DNA of 64,000 bases from Flavobacteriaceae bacterium (lineage in GTDB: Bacteria > Bacteroidota > Bacteroidia > Flavobacteriales > Flavobacteriaceae): positions 911 to 64,910 of the forward strand of contig JAWUVW010000007.1 in NCBI GenBank assembly GCA_034112185.1. Direction: 5' to 3'. How positions within the stretch are numbered: position 1 is the stretch's first letter; each line of letters begins with the position of its first letter. A model generated the notes under the pieces. The model was not told the origin of the DNA. It worked only from the letters and a program-made list of their open reading frames with translations, and ran no database searches. The position numbers and the translations under genes were made by a program. Below are positions 1-7,623 of the stretch, one piece after another.

Positions 1-414
1 GATGATTTTATCTTTTTTAGTAAAGCCTCGCGCTAATCTAATAGCGCTCATACAAGCTTCAGTTCCAGAATTAACAAATCGTATTTTATCAATATTTGGC
101 ACCATAGAAACGGCTAACTCAGCAATCTCTGTTTCTAAAGCTGTAGGCATTCCAAAAGATGTTCCTGCTTTTGCTTTTTCTATAACTGCATCTACAACGG
201 GAGGAAAGGCATGGCCTAATAACATGGGTCCCCAAGAATTGATGTAATCAATAAAACGGTTACCATCCTCATCGTAAACATAGGCTCCTTTTGCTGATTT
301 AGCGAAAATTGGTGTCCCACCAACAGCACTAAATGCACGAACAGGTGAATTTACGCCACCAGGAATAACCGCTTTTGCTGCTTTAAATAAAGCACTACTT
401 CTTTGATATAACAT
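1..414 (-). CDS. hemL: glutamate-1-semialdehyde 2,1-aminomutase, N-terminal 138 codons (3' end runs off the window)
   Basis: Own reverse-strand translation from ATG 414-412: [68 protein letters not shown]...[25 protein letters not shown]. It is collinear with the E. coli HemL N-terminus. Absent from the ORF track because it is truncated; + ORF 2..247 is its antisense shadow. Confidence 0.9.
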   Translation of the reverse strand, partial: MLYQRSSALFKAAKAVIPGGVNSPVRAFSAVGGTPIFAKSAKGAYVYDEDGNRFIDYINSWGPMLLGHAFPPVVDAVIEKAKAGTSFGMPTALETEIAELAVSMVPNIDKIRFVNSGTEACMSAIRLARGFTKKDKII

Positions 415-417
415 ATA

Positions 418-1230
418 TTAATTCGGAATCATGAGTTCTTGACCTAAAGCTAAATCATTACTGCTCATATTATTTAAATCTTTTATTTTTTCAACGGTCG
501 TATTGTAACGCCTAGAAAGTGAATATAAAGTATCGCCTTGCATAATAATATGTCTTATGACTCCACTATTACCTGCGCGTATTTCAGATTGCTTGCCTTC
601 AAGTACATCTTCATCGTATGTGTAGAGTTTATAACGCTCTATTAAACTTATAAGTTTCTGAGGATATTTTCTATCCGTAGCATACCCAGCAGCCCTTAAT
701 CCTTTAGCCCAACCTTTATAATCATTAGGTTTCAACTTAAATAAATTGGCATAACGGCTTCTACCTGTCAAAAACTCGGAATGATCTTCGTAAGAGGATT
801 CTGCTTTTCTATATTTTCTAAAACATTCTTGTGAACGATCGTCATCGTGATAGATTTTCGCACCTTTCCAGCCATGACATTTAATTCCGAAATGATTATT
901 AGCTTTAACTGCGAGACGCCCTCGACCAGAACCAGATTCTAAAATGCCTTGCGCCAGAATAATACTTGCTGGGATTTTAGATTTACGCATTTGACGCATC
1001 GCAATGCCTGCATACTGCGAAATATAATTATCAACTGACGATGGCGGTTTTGTTGTTTTTACTTCACCTGCTTTTGTGTCAATTTCAGACGTTTTTATTT
1101 CTTCTTTTGCATCAACGGTTTCTGTCTTATTTTTATACTCCTCCTTTTTGGTCACAATTCCTTTTTTTGGACCACAACCAAAAGATAAGGCTATAATTAG
1201 TAAAAGTATATGTCTAAATTTTATTTTCAT
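418..1230 (-). CDS. peptidoglycan hydrolase: glucosaminidase (FlgJ-like) domain plus C-terminal LysM, lipoprotein signal
   Basis: ORF 418..1248. ILAQGILESGSGRG...NNHFGIK...YATD matches the mannosyl-glycoprotein endo-beta-N-acetylglucosaminidase pattern. The C-terminal GDTLYSLSRRYNTTVEKIKDLN is LysM-like. LSFGC is a lipobox. I prefer the start at Met7 (1230), which gives an ATGA overlap with the upstream stop. Confidence 0.8.
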   Translation of the reverse strand: MKIKFRHILLLIIALSFGCGPKKGIVTKKEEYKNKTETVDAKEEIKTSEIDTKAGEVKTTKPPSSVDNYISQYAGIAMRQMRKSKIPASIILAQGILESGSGRGRLAVKANNHFGIKCHGWKGAKIYHDDDRSQECFRKYRKAESSYEDHSEFLTGRSRYANLFKLKPNDYKGWAKGLRAAGYATDRKYPQKLISLIERYKLYTYDEDVLEGKQSEIRAGNSGVIRHIIMQGDTLYSLSRRYNTTVEKIKDLNNMSSNDLALGQELMIPN

Positions 1231-2138
1231 TCTTCTATTAAAGGCCAATTCTTGCGCTTTAGTTTTAAATTCATTCCAGCGATACCCTGCAAACCTCCGG
1301 TATGGATTGCCAATATTTTTGAGTTTTTTGGAAAAAATCCGTTTTTAATTAAATCAAATATTCCAAACATCATTTTTCCAGTATAAATAGGATCTAAAGG
1401 AATATTGTAATCCCTTTTAAAGGTATTGATAAACGTAATTAATTCAGGCTTTATTTTACTATAACCACCAAAATGATAATCTTTCACTAATTCCCAATTC
1501 TCCTGAATTGCAAATTTACGAATATCTTGGTTTAAAAAGTCCCCTTTTAACGCAGGAAAACCCAATATCTTTTGATGGCTTTTTGAAGCGTTTATTATAC
1601 CAGAAATTGTGCCACCAGTGCCAACGCATGTGCAGATATAATCAAAAAAATCGTCTTCGGGATTTAGTATTTCTTCGCAACCTTTAACTGCCAAATCATT
1701 AGTTCCTCCTTCCGGAATTAAGTAAAAATCGCCAAACTTTTCTTTCAACTTTTTCAAGAATGTAGGATCTGTTTTTTTTCGATACGCTTCTCGAGAAACA
1801 AACAAAAATTCCATTCCACAAGACTTTGCAAATTTTAAAGTTGGATTGGATGATACTTTGGTCTCTAATTCTTCTCCCCTAATAATGCCTATCGTTTCAA
1901 ATCCATCTGCACTACCTGCGTAAGCTGTTGCAGCAATATGATTGGAAAAAGCACCGCCGAAAGTGAGTAGTTTTTTACTGTTTAATAATTTAGCTTCAGT
2001 AATATTATACTTAAGCTTTCTGTATTTATTACCCGAAATAAAGGGGTGAACTAAATCTTCGCGCTTAATAGAAAGCTGAATATTACCTTCAGCTTTTAAA
2101 AGGACCTGTTGATTTATAGAAGTATTTGTAGTCTGCAT
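1227..2138 (-). CDS. PLP-dependent enzyme, ACC deaminase / D-cysteine desulfhydrase family
   Basis: 303 aa. SGNKYRKLKY (lysine-PLP motif of the ACC-deaminase family), GGAFSNH, TGGT and HTGG segments. Confidence 0.75.
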   Translation of the reverse strand: MQTTNTSINQQVLLKAEGNIQLSIKREDLVHPFISGNKYRKLKYNITEAKLLNSKKLLTFGGAFSNHIAATAYAGSADGFETIGIIRGEELETKVSSNPTLKFAKSCGMEFLFVSREAYRKKTDPTFLKKLKEKFGDFYLIPEGGTNDLAVKGCEEILNPEDDFFDYICTCVGTGGTISGIINASKSHQKILGFPALKGDFLNQDIRKFAIQENWELVKDYHFGGYSKIKPELITFINTFKRDYNIPLDPIYTGKMMFGIFDLIKNGFFPKNSKILAIHTGGLQGIAGMNLKLKRKNWPLIEE

Positions 2139-2145
2139 TCTGATT

Positions 2146-2469
2146 TCAAAAATACTGTATAAAACTCCAAATACGTCGACTTTTCAAAAAGTCTAAATGC
2201 AATTCATTCTTATAGGCTTCTCTTTCAAAAGAAATATTCCTGTAGGCTAATTTCCAGTTTCGGTATTGAATCAGACGTATTAAAAATTCAACACCATAAA
2301 TAATAAAAAAAAGAATAATTAATAATTCTAGTTGCTGTCTTAAATGAATTTTTTCATGATTGACTAAAACCCGATTACCTTTCAAAGCTTTATACTTTAA
2401 AAACATAAAAGGAAAAATGGTAATCCCAATATAACCTCTGGGTACTATATATTTTGAAATTAAAATCAC
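2146..2469 (-). CDS. small membrane protein with an HExxH motif (HEKIH), function unknown
   Basis: 107 aa ORF with hydrophobic segments and an HEKIH motif. No family recognised. Confidence 0.45.
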   Translation of the reverse strand: MILISKYIVPRGYIGITIFPFMFLKYKALKGNRVLVNHEKIHLRQQLELLIILFFIIYGVEFLIRLIQYRNWKLAYRNISFEREAYKNELHLDFLKSRRIWSFIQYF

Positions 2470-2504
2470 AGTTTATACGTTTCAAAAATCAAACCAAATT
2501 ACAT

Positions 2505-2512
2505 TATCTTTG
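2505..2512 (+). promoter_or_regulatory. candidate Bacteroidetes -7 promoter box TATCTTTG
   Basis: Exact match to the TAnnTTTG consensus, 6 nt before ATG 2519. Confidence 0.35.
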
Positions 2513-2518
2513 TTACAT

Positions 2519-2704
2519 ATGAAGAATTACGTCCCAATTGAAGATGGCGATTATTATTTAACACCAGAAGGCTACCGATGTTTTACCGAACAATACCATC
2601 TAAAACGCGGTTATTGTTGTGAGAGTGGTTGCAGACATTGCCCCTACGGATTTAACACTTCGACTGCAATCAAGGCAGGCGCTAATGATTTAAAAAAAAA
2701 GTAA
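2519..2704 (+). CDS. small cysteine-rich protein (DUF5522-like, CxxxGCRHCPY)
   Basis: ORF 2510..2704 starts at TTG inside a -7 box. ATG 2519 (MKNYVPIEDGDYYLTPEGYRCF...CCESGCRHCPYG) is preferred. Its stop overlaps the hutU start (TAATG). Confidence 0.6.
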   Translation: MKNYVPIEDGDYYLTPEGYRCFTEQYHLKRGYCCESGCRHCPYGFNTSTAIKAGANDLKKK

Positions 2705-4704
2705 TGCAAACGACAACAGTATCATTCAAAGACCAAATATTAGAAGGTATACCAAATATATTACCACTCCCAAAGGCTTATGATGCTTCTATCAATCATG
2801 CTCCAAAACGTAAAGCGATTTTGTCTGCTGAAGAAGAGAAATTAGCACTTAGAAATGCCTTGCGCTATTTTGATAAAACGCACCATAGTGTTTTATTACC
2901 TGAATTTAAAAATGAATTAGACACTTATGGTCGCATCTACATGTATCGTCTAAGACCAGACTATAAAATGTTCGCACGACCAATTTCTGATTATCCTTCA
3001 AAGTCAAGACAGGCCGCAGCCATAATGTTGATGATTCAGAATAATTTAGATGATGCTGTTGCCCAACATCCGCACGAACTCATTACTTATGGCGGAAACG
3101 GAGGCGTATTTTCTAACTGGGCGCAATACCGATTAACCATGAGGTATTTGTGCGAAATGAATGATGAGCAAACCTTAGTAATGTACTCTGGTCACCCTAT
3201 GGGCTTGTTCCCTTCTCATAAAGAAGCACCAAGGGTTGTTGTGACCAATGGGATGATGATTCCTAATTATTCTCAACCAGACGACTGGGAAAAATTTAAT
3301 GCTTTAGGTGTCACTCAATATGGGCAAATGACGGCTGGAAGCTATATGTATATTGGCCCACAAGGGATTGTTCACGGCACCACAATCACTGTTTTAAATG
3401 CTTTTAGAAAAATAGGTAAGTCACCAAAGGGAAACCTCTTTTTAACATCAGGACTTGGCGGCATGTCGGGAGCGCAACCAAAAGCGGGCAATATCGCCGG
3501 CTGTATTACGGTTTGTGCGGAAGTAAATCCTAAAATCACACAACTTAGGTTGGACCAAGGTTGGATAGATGAAAAAATCCTTGATTTGAATGAATTAGTA
3601 TCAAGAGTTAAAAAAGCAAAAGTCGAAAAAGAAACCATTTCAATTGCCTACTTAGGAAATATAGTAGAGGTCTGGGAGAAATTTGATGAAGCCAATATTC
3701 ATATCGACATAGGTAGTGATCAAACGTCTTTGCATAACCCTTGGGCTGGCGGTTACTATCCTATTGGATTATCTTTTGAAGCCGCAAACGCCATGATGGC
3801 AAATCAACCTGAATCGTTTAAAGAAAAAGTTCAAGAAACCTTACGTCGTCATGCCAGTGCTATTAACAAACATACGGCAAAAGGCACTTATTTCTTCGAT
3901 TATGGAAATGCCTTTTTATTAGAAGCCTCAAGAGCTGGCGCAGATATTATGGCCGAAAATGGAATTGATTTTAAGTACTCAAGTTACGTTCAAGATATTA
4001 TGGGACCTATGTGTTTTGATTATGGTTTTGGGCCGTTCCGTTGGGTTTGTGCTTCTGGTAAACCAGAAGATTTAGCTAAAACTGATAAAATTGCTTGCGC
4101 TGTTCTTGAGGAGATCAAGAAAAAATCCCCAATTGAAATTCAGCAACAAATGGCTGATAATATTCAATGGATAAAAGGAGCTCAAGACAATAAATTGGTT
4201 GTGGGTTCTCAAGCCAGAATTCTATATGCAGACGCAGAAGGTAGAATGAAAATTGCAGAAGCTTTTAATCAAGCTATAGCAAATGGAGATATAGAAACTA
4301 TTATTCTTGGTAGAGATCATCATGATGTTTCAGGAACAGATTCACCCTATAGAGAAACCAGTAATATTTATGACGGCTCGCGTTTTACAGCAGATATGGC
4401 TATTCAGAATGTGATTGGAGACAGCTTTAGGGGCGCAACTTGGGTGAGTATTCACAATGGTGGAGGCGTTGGTTGGGGAGAAGTGATCAACGGCGGATTT
4501 GGTATGGTTCTTGATGGTAGTAAAGAAGCTTCAACCCGTCTAAAACAAATGTTATTTTGGGATGTCAATAATGGAATTTCAAGACGAAGTTGGGCAAGAA
4601 ATCAAGGCGCAATTTTTGCTATAAAACGTGCTATGGAAATAGAGCCAAATTTAAAAGTGACATTACCGAACCATGTTGATGATGATTTATTAGAAACAAT
4701 TTAA
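2704..4704 (+). CDS. hutU: urocanate hydratase
   Basis: 666 aa with full-length urocanase-like sequence (GGMSGAQPKA, GSDQTSLHNP, RDHHDVSGTDSPYRETSNI, IHNGGGVGWGE). Confidence 0.95.
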   Translation: MQTTTVSFKDQILEGIPNILPLPKAYDASINHAPKRKAILSAEEEKLALRNALRYFDKTHHSVLLPEFKNELDTYGRIYMYRLRPDYKMFARPISDYPSKSRQAAAIMLMIQNNLDDAVAQHPHELITYGGNGGVFSNWAQYRLTMRYLCEMNDEQTLVMYSGHPMGLFPSHKEAPRVVVTNGMMIPNYSQPDDWEKFNALGVTQYGQMTAGSYMYIGPQGIVHGTTITVLNAFRKIGKSPKGNLFLTSGLGGMSGAQPKAGNIAGCITVCAEVNPKITQLRLDQGWIDEKILDLNELVSRVKKAKVEKETISIAYLGNIVEVWEKFDEANIHIDIGSDQTSLHNPWAGGYYPIGLSFEAANAMMANQPESFKEKVQETLRRHASAINKHTAKGTYFFDYGNAFLLEASRAGADIMAENGIDFKYSSYVQDIMGPMCFDYGFGPFRWVCASGKPEDLAKTDKIACAVLEEIKKKSPIEIQQQMADNIQWIKGAQDNKLVVGSQARILYADAEGRMKIAEAFNQAIANGDIETIILGRDHHDVSGTDSPYRETSNIYDGSRFTADMAIQNVIGDSFRGATWVSIHNGGGVGWGEVINGGFGMVLDGSKEASTRLKQMLFWDVNNGISRRSWARNQGAIFAIKRAMEIEPNLKVTLPNHVDDDLLETI

Positions 4705-4716
4705 AAAAAAAGTGAT

Positions 4717-5334
4717 ATGAAACAATTTAAAAACCTTGATAAACACTTTCGTTTTGAAAGTCTTGTAAGCCATAAACTAATTAGATTTATTCCAATTTTA
4801 GTTGTTGCGATACTTCTATCATCTTGCAGTTCTATACAAGTTGCTGCTGATTATGATAAAGAAGCAAATTTTGACAATTACAAGACATTTGCATTTTTTA
4901 AGCCGGGAATAGACAAGGCCGAAATTAACGATCTTGACAAGCGCAGAATTTTAAGAGCTATTGAAGCTGAGCTCATGGCTAAAGGCATGATCAAATCCGA
5001 AAACCCAGATATGTTAGTGAGTATGTTCACAAGATCCAACCAACGCGTTGATGTTTATAACAATGCTTGGGGAATGAATGGCTGGGGCTGGGGAGGCTAC
5101 GGTGGCTGGGGCTGGGGCTGGGGTCCTGGCATGGGTATGGGAGGTGGAAGTCAAGTTTCTACCACGACCGAAGGAATGCTTTTCATAGATTTAATAGATA
5201 CTAATAAAAAAGAGTTAATCTGGCAAGGTTCAGGTACGGGTTATCTGGTAACCAAAAATGTAGACAAAAAAGAAGCACGTATAAAAGAATTTGTATCTAA
5301 AACCATGGCGCAGTTTCCACCCGAAAAAGGATAA
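4717..5334 (+). CDS. DUF4136-like lipoprotein with an internal Gly/Trp low-complexity repeat
   Basis: 205 aa with an LLSSCSS lipobox. Contains the GWGWGGYGGWGWGWGPGMGMGGG block, and has the DYDKEANFDNYKTFAF start and the LIWQGSGTG end typical of DUF4136. Confidence 0.65.
   Translation: MKQFKNLDKHFRFESLVSHKLIRFIPILVVAILLSSCSSIQVAADYDKEANFDNYKTFAFFKPGIDKAEINDLDKRRILRAIEAELMAKGMIKSENPDMLVSMFTRSNQRVDVYNNAWGMNGWGWGGYGGWGWGWGPGMGMGGGSQVSTTTEGMLFIDLIDTNKKELIWQGSGTGYLVTKNVDKKEARIKEFVSKTMAQFPPEKG
5084..5123 (+). repeat. GGCTGG-type microsatellite / run of GGGG tracts inside the DUF4136-like CDS
   Basis: GGGG at 5084, 5090, 5108, 5114 and 5120 (plus 5069), each separated by CT. CTGGGGCTGGGGCTGGGG lies at 5106-5123. 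Confidence 0.9.
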
Positions 5335-5353
5335 TACAACGTTTATAAAAATA

Positions 5354-5495
5354 GAAGAGGCTGTTTAAAAAGGAGTTTAATCTGTCATTTCGAGCGTAGT
5401 CGATAAATATAAAGCATTAATCATCAATGCATTTCGATTACGCTCAATGTGATGGAATTGTAACAAATAGACCTTTTAGACAGCCTCTTTTTCGT
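5354..5495 (+). terminator. long nested imperfect palindrome; the outer GC stem plus T-run probably terminates the upstream gene
   Basis: Outer arms gaagaggctgtttaaaaagg (5354-5373) and accttttagacagcctcttt (5471-5490), followed by ttcgttt. Inner arms gtcatttcgagcgtagtcga and tcgattacgctcaatgtgat. Confidence 0.5.
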
Positions 5496-5531
5496 TTCTA
5501 CTATTTGGTTAGGCCTTAAATCTAAATACTA

Positions 5532-5539
5532 TATATTTG
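5532..5539 (+). promoter_or_regulatory. candidate -7 box TATATTTG upstream of the SulP gene
   Basis: TAnnTTTG match 22 nt before ATG 5562. Confidence 0.35.
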
Positions 5540-5561
5540 CCGCCTTTTAAGAACAGATATT

Positions 5562-7238
5562 ATGATACTAGGTCAAACCACTATAAAAAACTTTACTCAA
5601 AACCCTAAAAATGACATTCTTTCAGGCCTAACTGTTGCTTTAGCTTTAGTACCGGAAGCGGTTGCTTTTGCCTTTGTTGCAGGTATAGATCCTTTAGTTG
5701 GACTTTACGGAGCTTTTATGATGGGCATTGTAACTGCTCTTTTTGGCGGGCGACCAGGAATGATTTCTGGAGCAACTGGCGCTATGGCTGTCGTCATGGT
5801 ACATTTGATTCAAAAAGGAAATGAAGTAGGTATGGGTTTAGACACTCCAATTGATAATTTAGGACTACAATGGTTATTCATTACGCTACTCTTTGTGGGC
5901 GGTATTCAAATTCTTGCAGGCGTTTTTAAGCTTGGTAAATTTGTACGTTTGATTCCGCATCCTGTAATGATGGGATTTGTTAATGGCTTAGCGATTGTTA
6001 TTTTTCTATCGCAATTAGGCCTATTTCCAAATGCTGTCCCAAAAGATATTTCATTTTTAGATGAGACTTCTAATTGGTTTTCAGCGTTATTCTCAAATGC
6101 AGCTTTCTGGAAAATGATGGGCTTTATAGGCTTAACCATGGGTATAATGTATGGTTTACCTAAGCTGACTAAAAAAGTTCCTGCAGCACTAATAGCGATT
6201 ATAGTAGTTGCTTGTATTACAATTTTTGGAGGTATTGAGGTAAACACTGTAGGTTCTTTTATTGTTGAAAACGGCGGAGAAGGTCTAGAAGGTGGTTTAC
6301 CAACATTTCAAGATCAGATTTTTGGATTCTTTGGAACCCTATCTGGTCACTGGGATTTAATTCTTTCAACAGCTTTTATATTAGCAGCGGTTGGTTTAAT
6401 TGAATCACTAATGACATTGAACCTTATCGATGAAATGACAGAAACCAGAGGAAATGGCAACAGAGAATGTATAGCTCAAGGTGGTGCAAATATGTTAAAC
6501 GGATTCTTTGGAGGTATGGGAGGCTGTGCCATGATTGGACAATCGATAATTAATGTCGATTCTGGTGGTCGTGGACGTTTATCTGGAGCTGTTGCTGCCA
6601 TTGCACTACTCTGCTTTGTATTATTCGGCGCACCATTGATAGAGCAAATACCTATCGCTGCTTTAGTAGGTGTTATGTTTATGGTCGTTATCGGAACCTT
6701 TGCTTGGAGTAGTTTTAGAGTTATTAGAAAAATACCATTATCTGATGCTATTGTATTAATCGTTGTTTCAGCTATTACTGTATGGAAAGATTTGGCCGTA
6801 GCAGTAATTGCTGGTGTAATTATTTCGGCTTTAGTATTTGCGTGGAAGAACGCCACTATGATTAGAGCACGAAAACGTATTCAACCCGACGGTACAAAAA
6901 CCTATGAAATTTGGGGTCCTTTATTTTTCGGTTCTATTCAAAATTTTAATTCAAAGTTCGATGCTAAAAATGATCCTAAAAATGTAGAGATAGATTTTGT
7001 AGAATCTCGCGTTAGTGACCATTCAGCATTAGAAGCTATTTCTAATTTAGTTAGTAAATACGAATCGGAAGGAAAATCCATCAAACTTAAACATTTAAGC
7101 GAGGATTGTAAAATATTACTACGTAAAGCGAATCCGAAATTCGAGGCAGTTATTATTGAAGATATTGATGACCCACGTTATCATTTAGCGGCGGATCCTG
7201 AAAAATTCACTAAACCTTTATCGGAATATAATATGTAG
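5562..7238 (+). CDS. SulP family inorganic anion transporter with C-terminal STAS domain
   Basis: 558 aa, polytopic, with the Sulfate_transp pattern (LVPEAVAFAFVAGI, GNRECIAQGGANMLNGFFGG). The C-terminal part, about 110 aa, is soluble and STAS-like. Confidence 0.9.
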   Translation: MILGQTTIKNFTQNPKNDILSGLTVALALVPEAVAFAFVAGIDPLVGLYGAFMMGIVTALFGGRPGMISGATGAMAVVMVHLIQKGNEVGMGLDTPIDNLGLQWLFITLLFVGGIQILAGVFKLGKFVRLIPHPVMMGFVNGLAIVIFLSQLGLFPNAVPKDISFLDETSNWFSALFSNAAFWKMMGFIGLTMGIMYGLPKLTKKVPAALIAIIVVACITIFGGIEVNTVGSFIVENGGEGLEGGLPTFQDQIFGFFGTLSGHWDLILSTAFILAAVGLIESLMTLNLIDEMTETRGNGNRECIAQGGANMLNGFFGGMGGCAMIGQSIINVDSGGRGRLSGAVAAIALLCFVLFGAPLIEQIPIAALVGVMFMVVIGTFAWSSFRVIRKIPLSDAIVLIVVSAITVWKDLAVAVIAGVIISALVFAWKNATMIRARKRIQPDGTKTYEIWGPLFFGSIQNFNSKFDAKNDPKNVEIDFVESRVSDHSALEAISNLVSKYESEGKSIKLKHLSEDCKILLRKANPKFEAVIIEDIDDPRYHLAADPEKFTKPLSEYNM

Positions 7239-7342
7239 CCACATATTCAAAGACGACTAAGGACTCGTATATAGTTCGTTAAGCCCAACTATTACTTTCA
7301 AAAATAAGAACCTAGAAATAGTTTAATATCAATTAATTAGAC

Positions 7343-7350
7343 TATCTTTG
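7343..7350 (+). promoter_or_regulatory. candidate -7 box TATCTTTG upstream of the cold-shock gene
   Basis: TAnnTTTG match 24 nt before ATG 7375. Confidence 0.4.
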
Positions 7351-7374
7351 CAACTTAATTAAATATATTATATT

Positions 7375-7566
7375 ATGAGTACTGGTACAGTAAAATTTTT
7401 TAATGACTCTAAAGGTTTTGGATTCATAACAGAAGAAGGAAACAACAAAGAGCATTTTGTACACATTTCTGGTCTAATTGACGAAGTAAGAGAAGGTGAC
7501 AATGTAGAGTTCGATTTAACAGAAGGAAAAAAAGGATTAAACGCAGTAAATGTAAAAGTTATATAA
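7375..7566 (+). CDS. cold-shock protein (CSD)
   Basis: 63 aa. GTVKFFNDSKGFGFI (RNP1) and HFVHISGL (RNP2-like). Confidence 0.95.
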   Translation: MSTGTVKFFNDSKGFGFITEEGNNKEHFVHISGLIDEVREGDNVEFDLTEGKKGLNAVNVKVI

Positions 7567-7597
7567 GTATATATCTTACAATCTTTTTAAGAGTTTG

Positions 7598-7623
7598 GCC
7601 TATCCTTTGGATAGGCTTTTTTT
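7598..7623 (+). terminator. rho-independent terminator after csp
   Basis: gcctatc (7598-7604) pairs with gataggc (7610-7616), followed by T7. Confidence 0.8.

Noticed and set aside
2-247. Plus-strand ORF of 81 aa at the left edge
   Set aside because: It is the antisense shadow of hemL, whose minus-strand translation is unmistakable. The + ORF has no recognisable motif.
3372-3638. Antisense or out-of-frame ORFs of 60-126 aa nested inside long, confidently identified genes. Examples: 1076..1348, 3372..3638, 5906..6247, 6476..6856, 7986..8341, 13477..13746, 15902..16207, 16790..17122, 17222..17452, 18181..18465, 20103..20363, 22173..22529, 30864..31133, 39607..39828, 48560..48847, 56230..56514, 58509..58814 and 62537..62911
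   Set aside because: Each lies wholly within, or mostly opposite, a gene with strong family motifs. Their translations are low-complexity or Ser/Pro/Ile-rich strings typical of antisense frames in AT-rich DNA. No independent support was seen.
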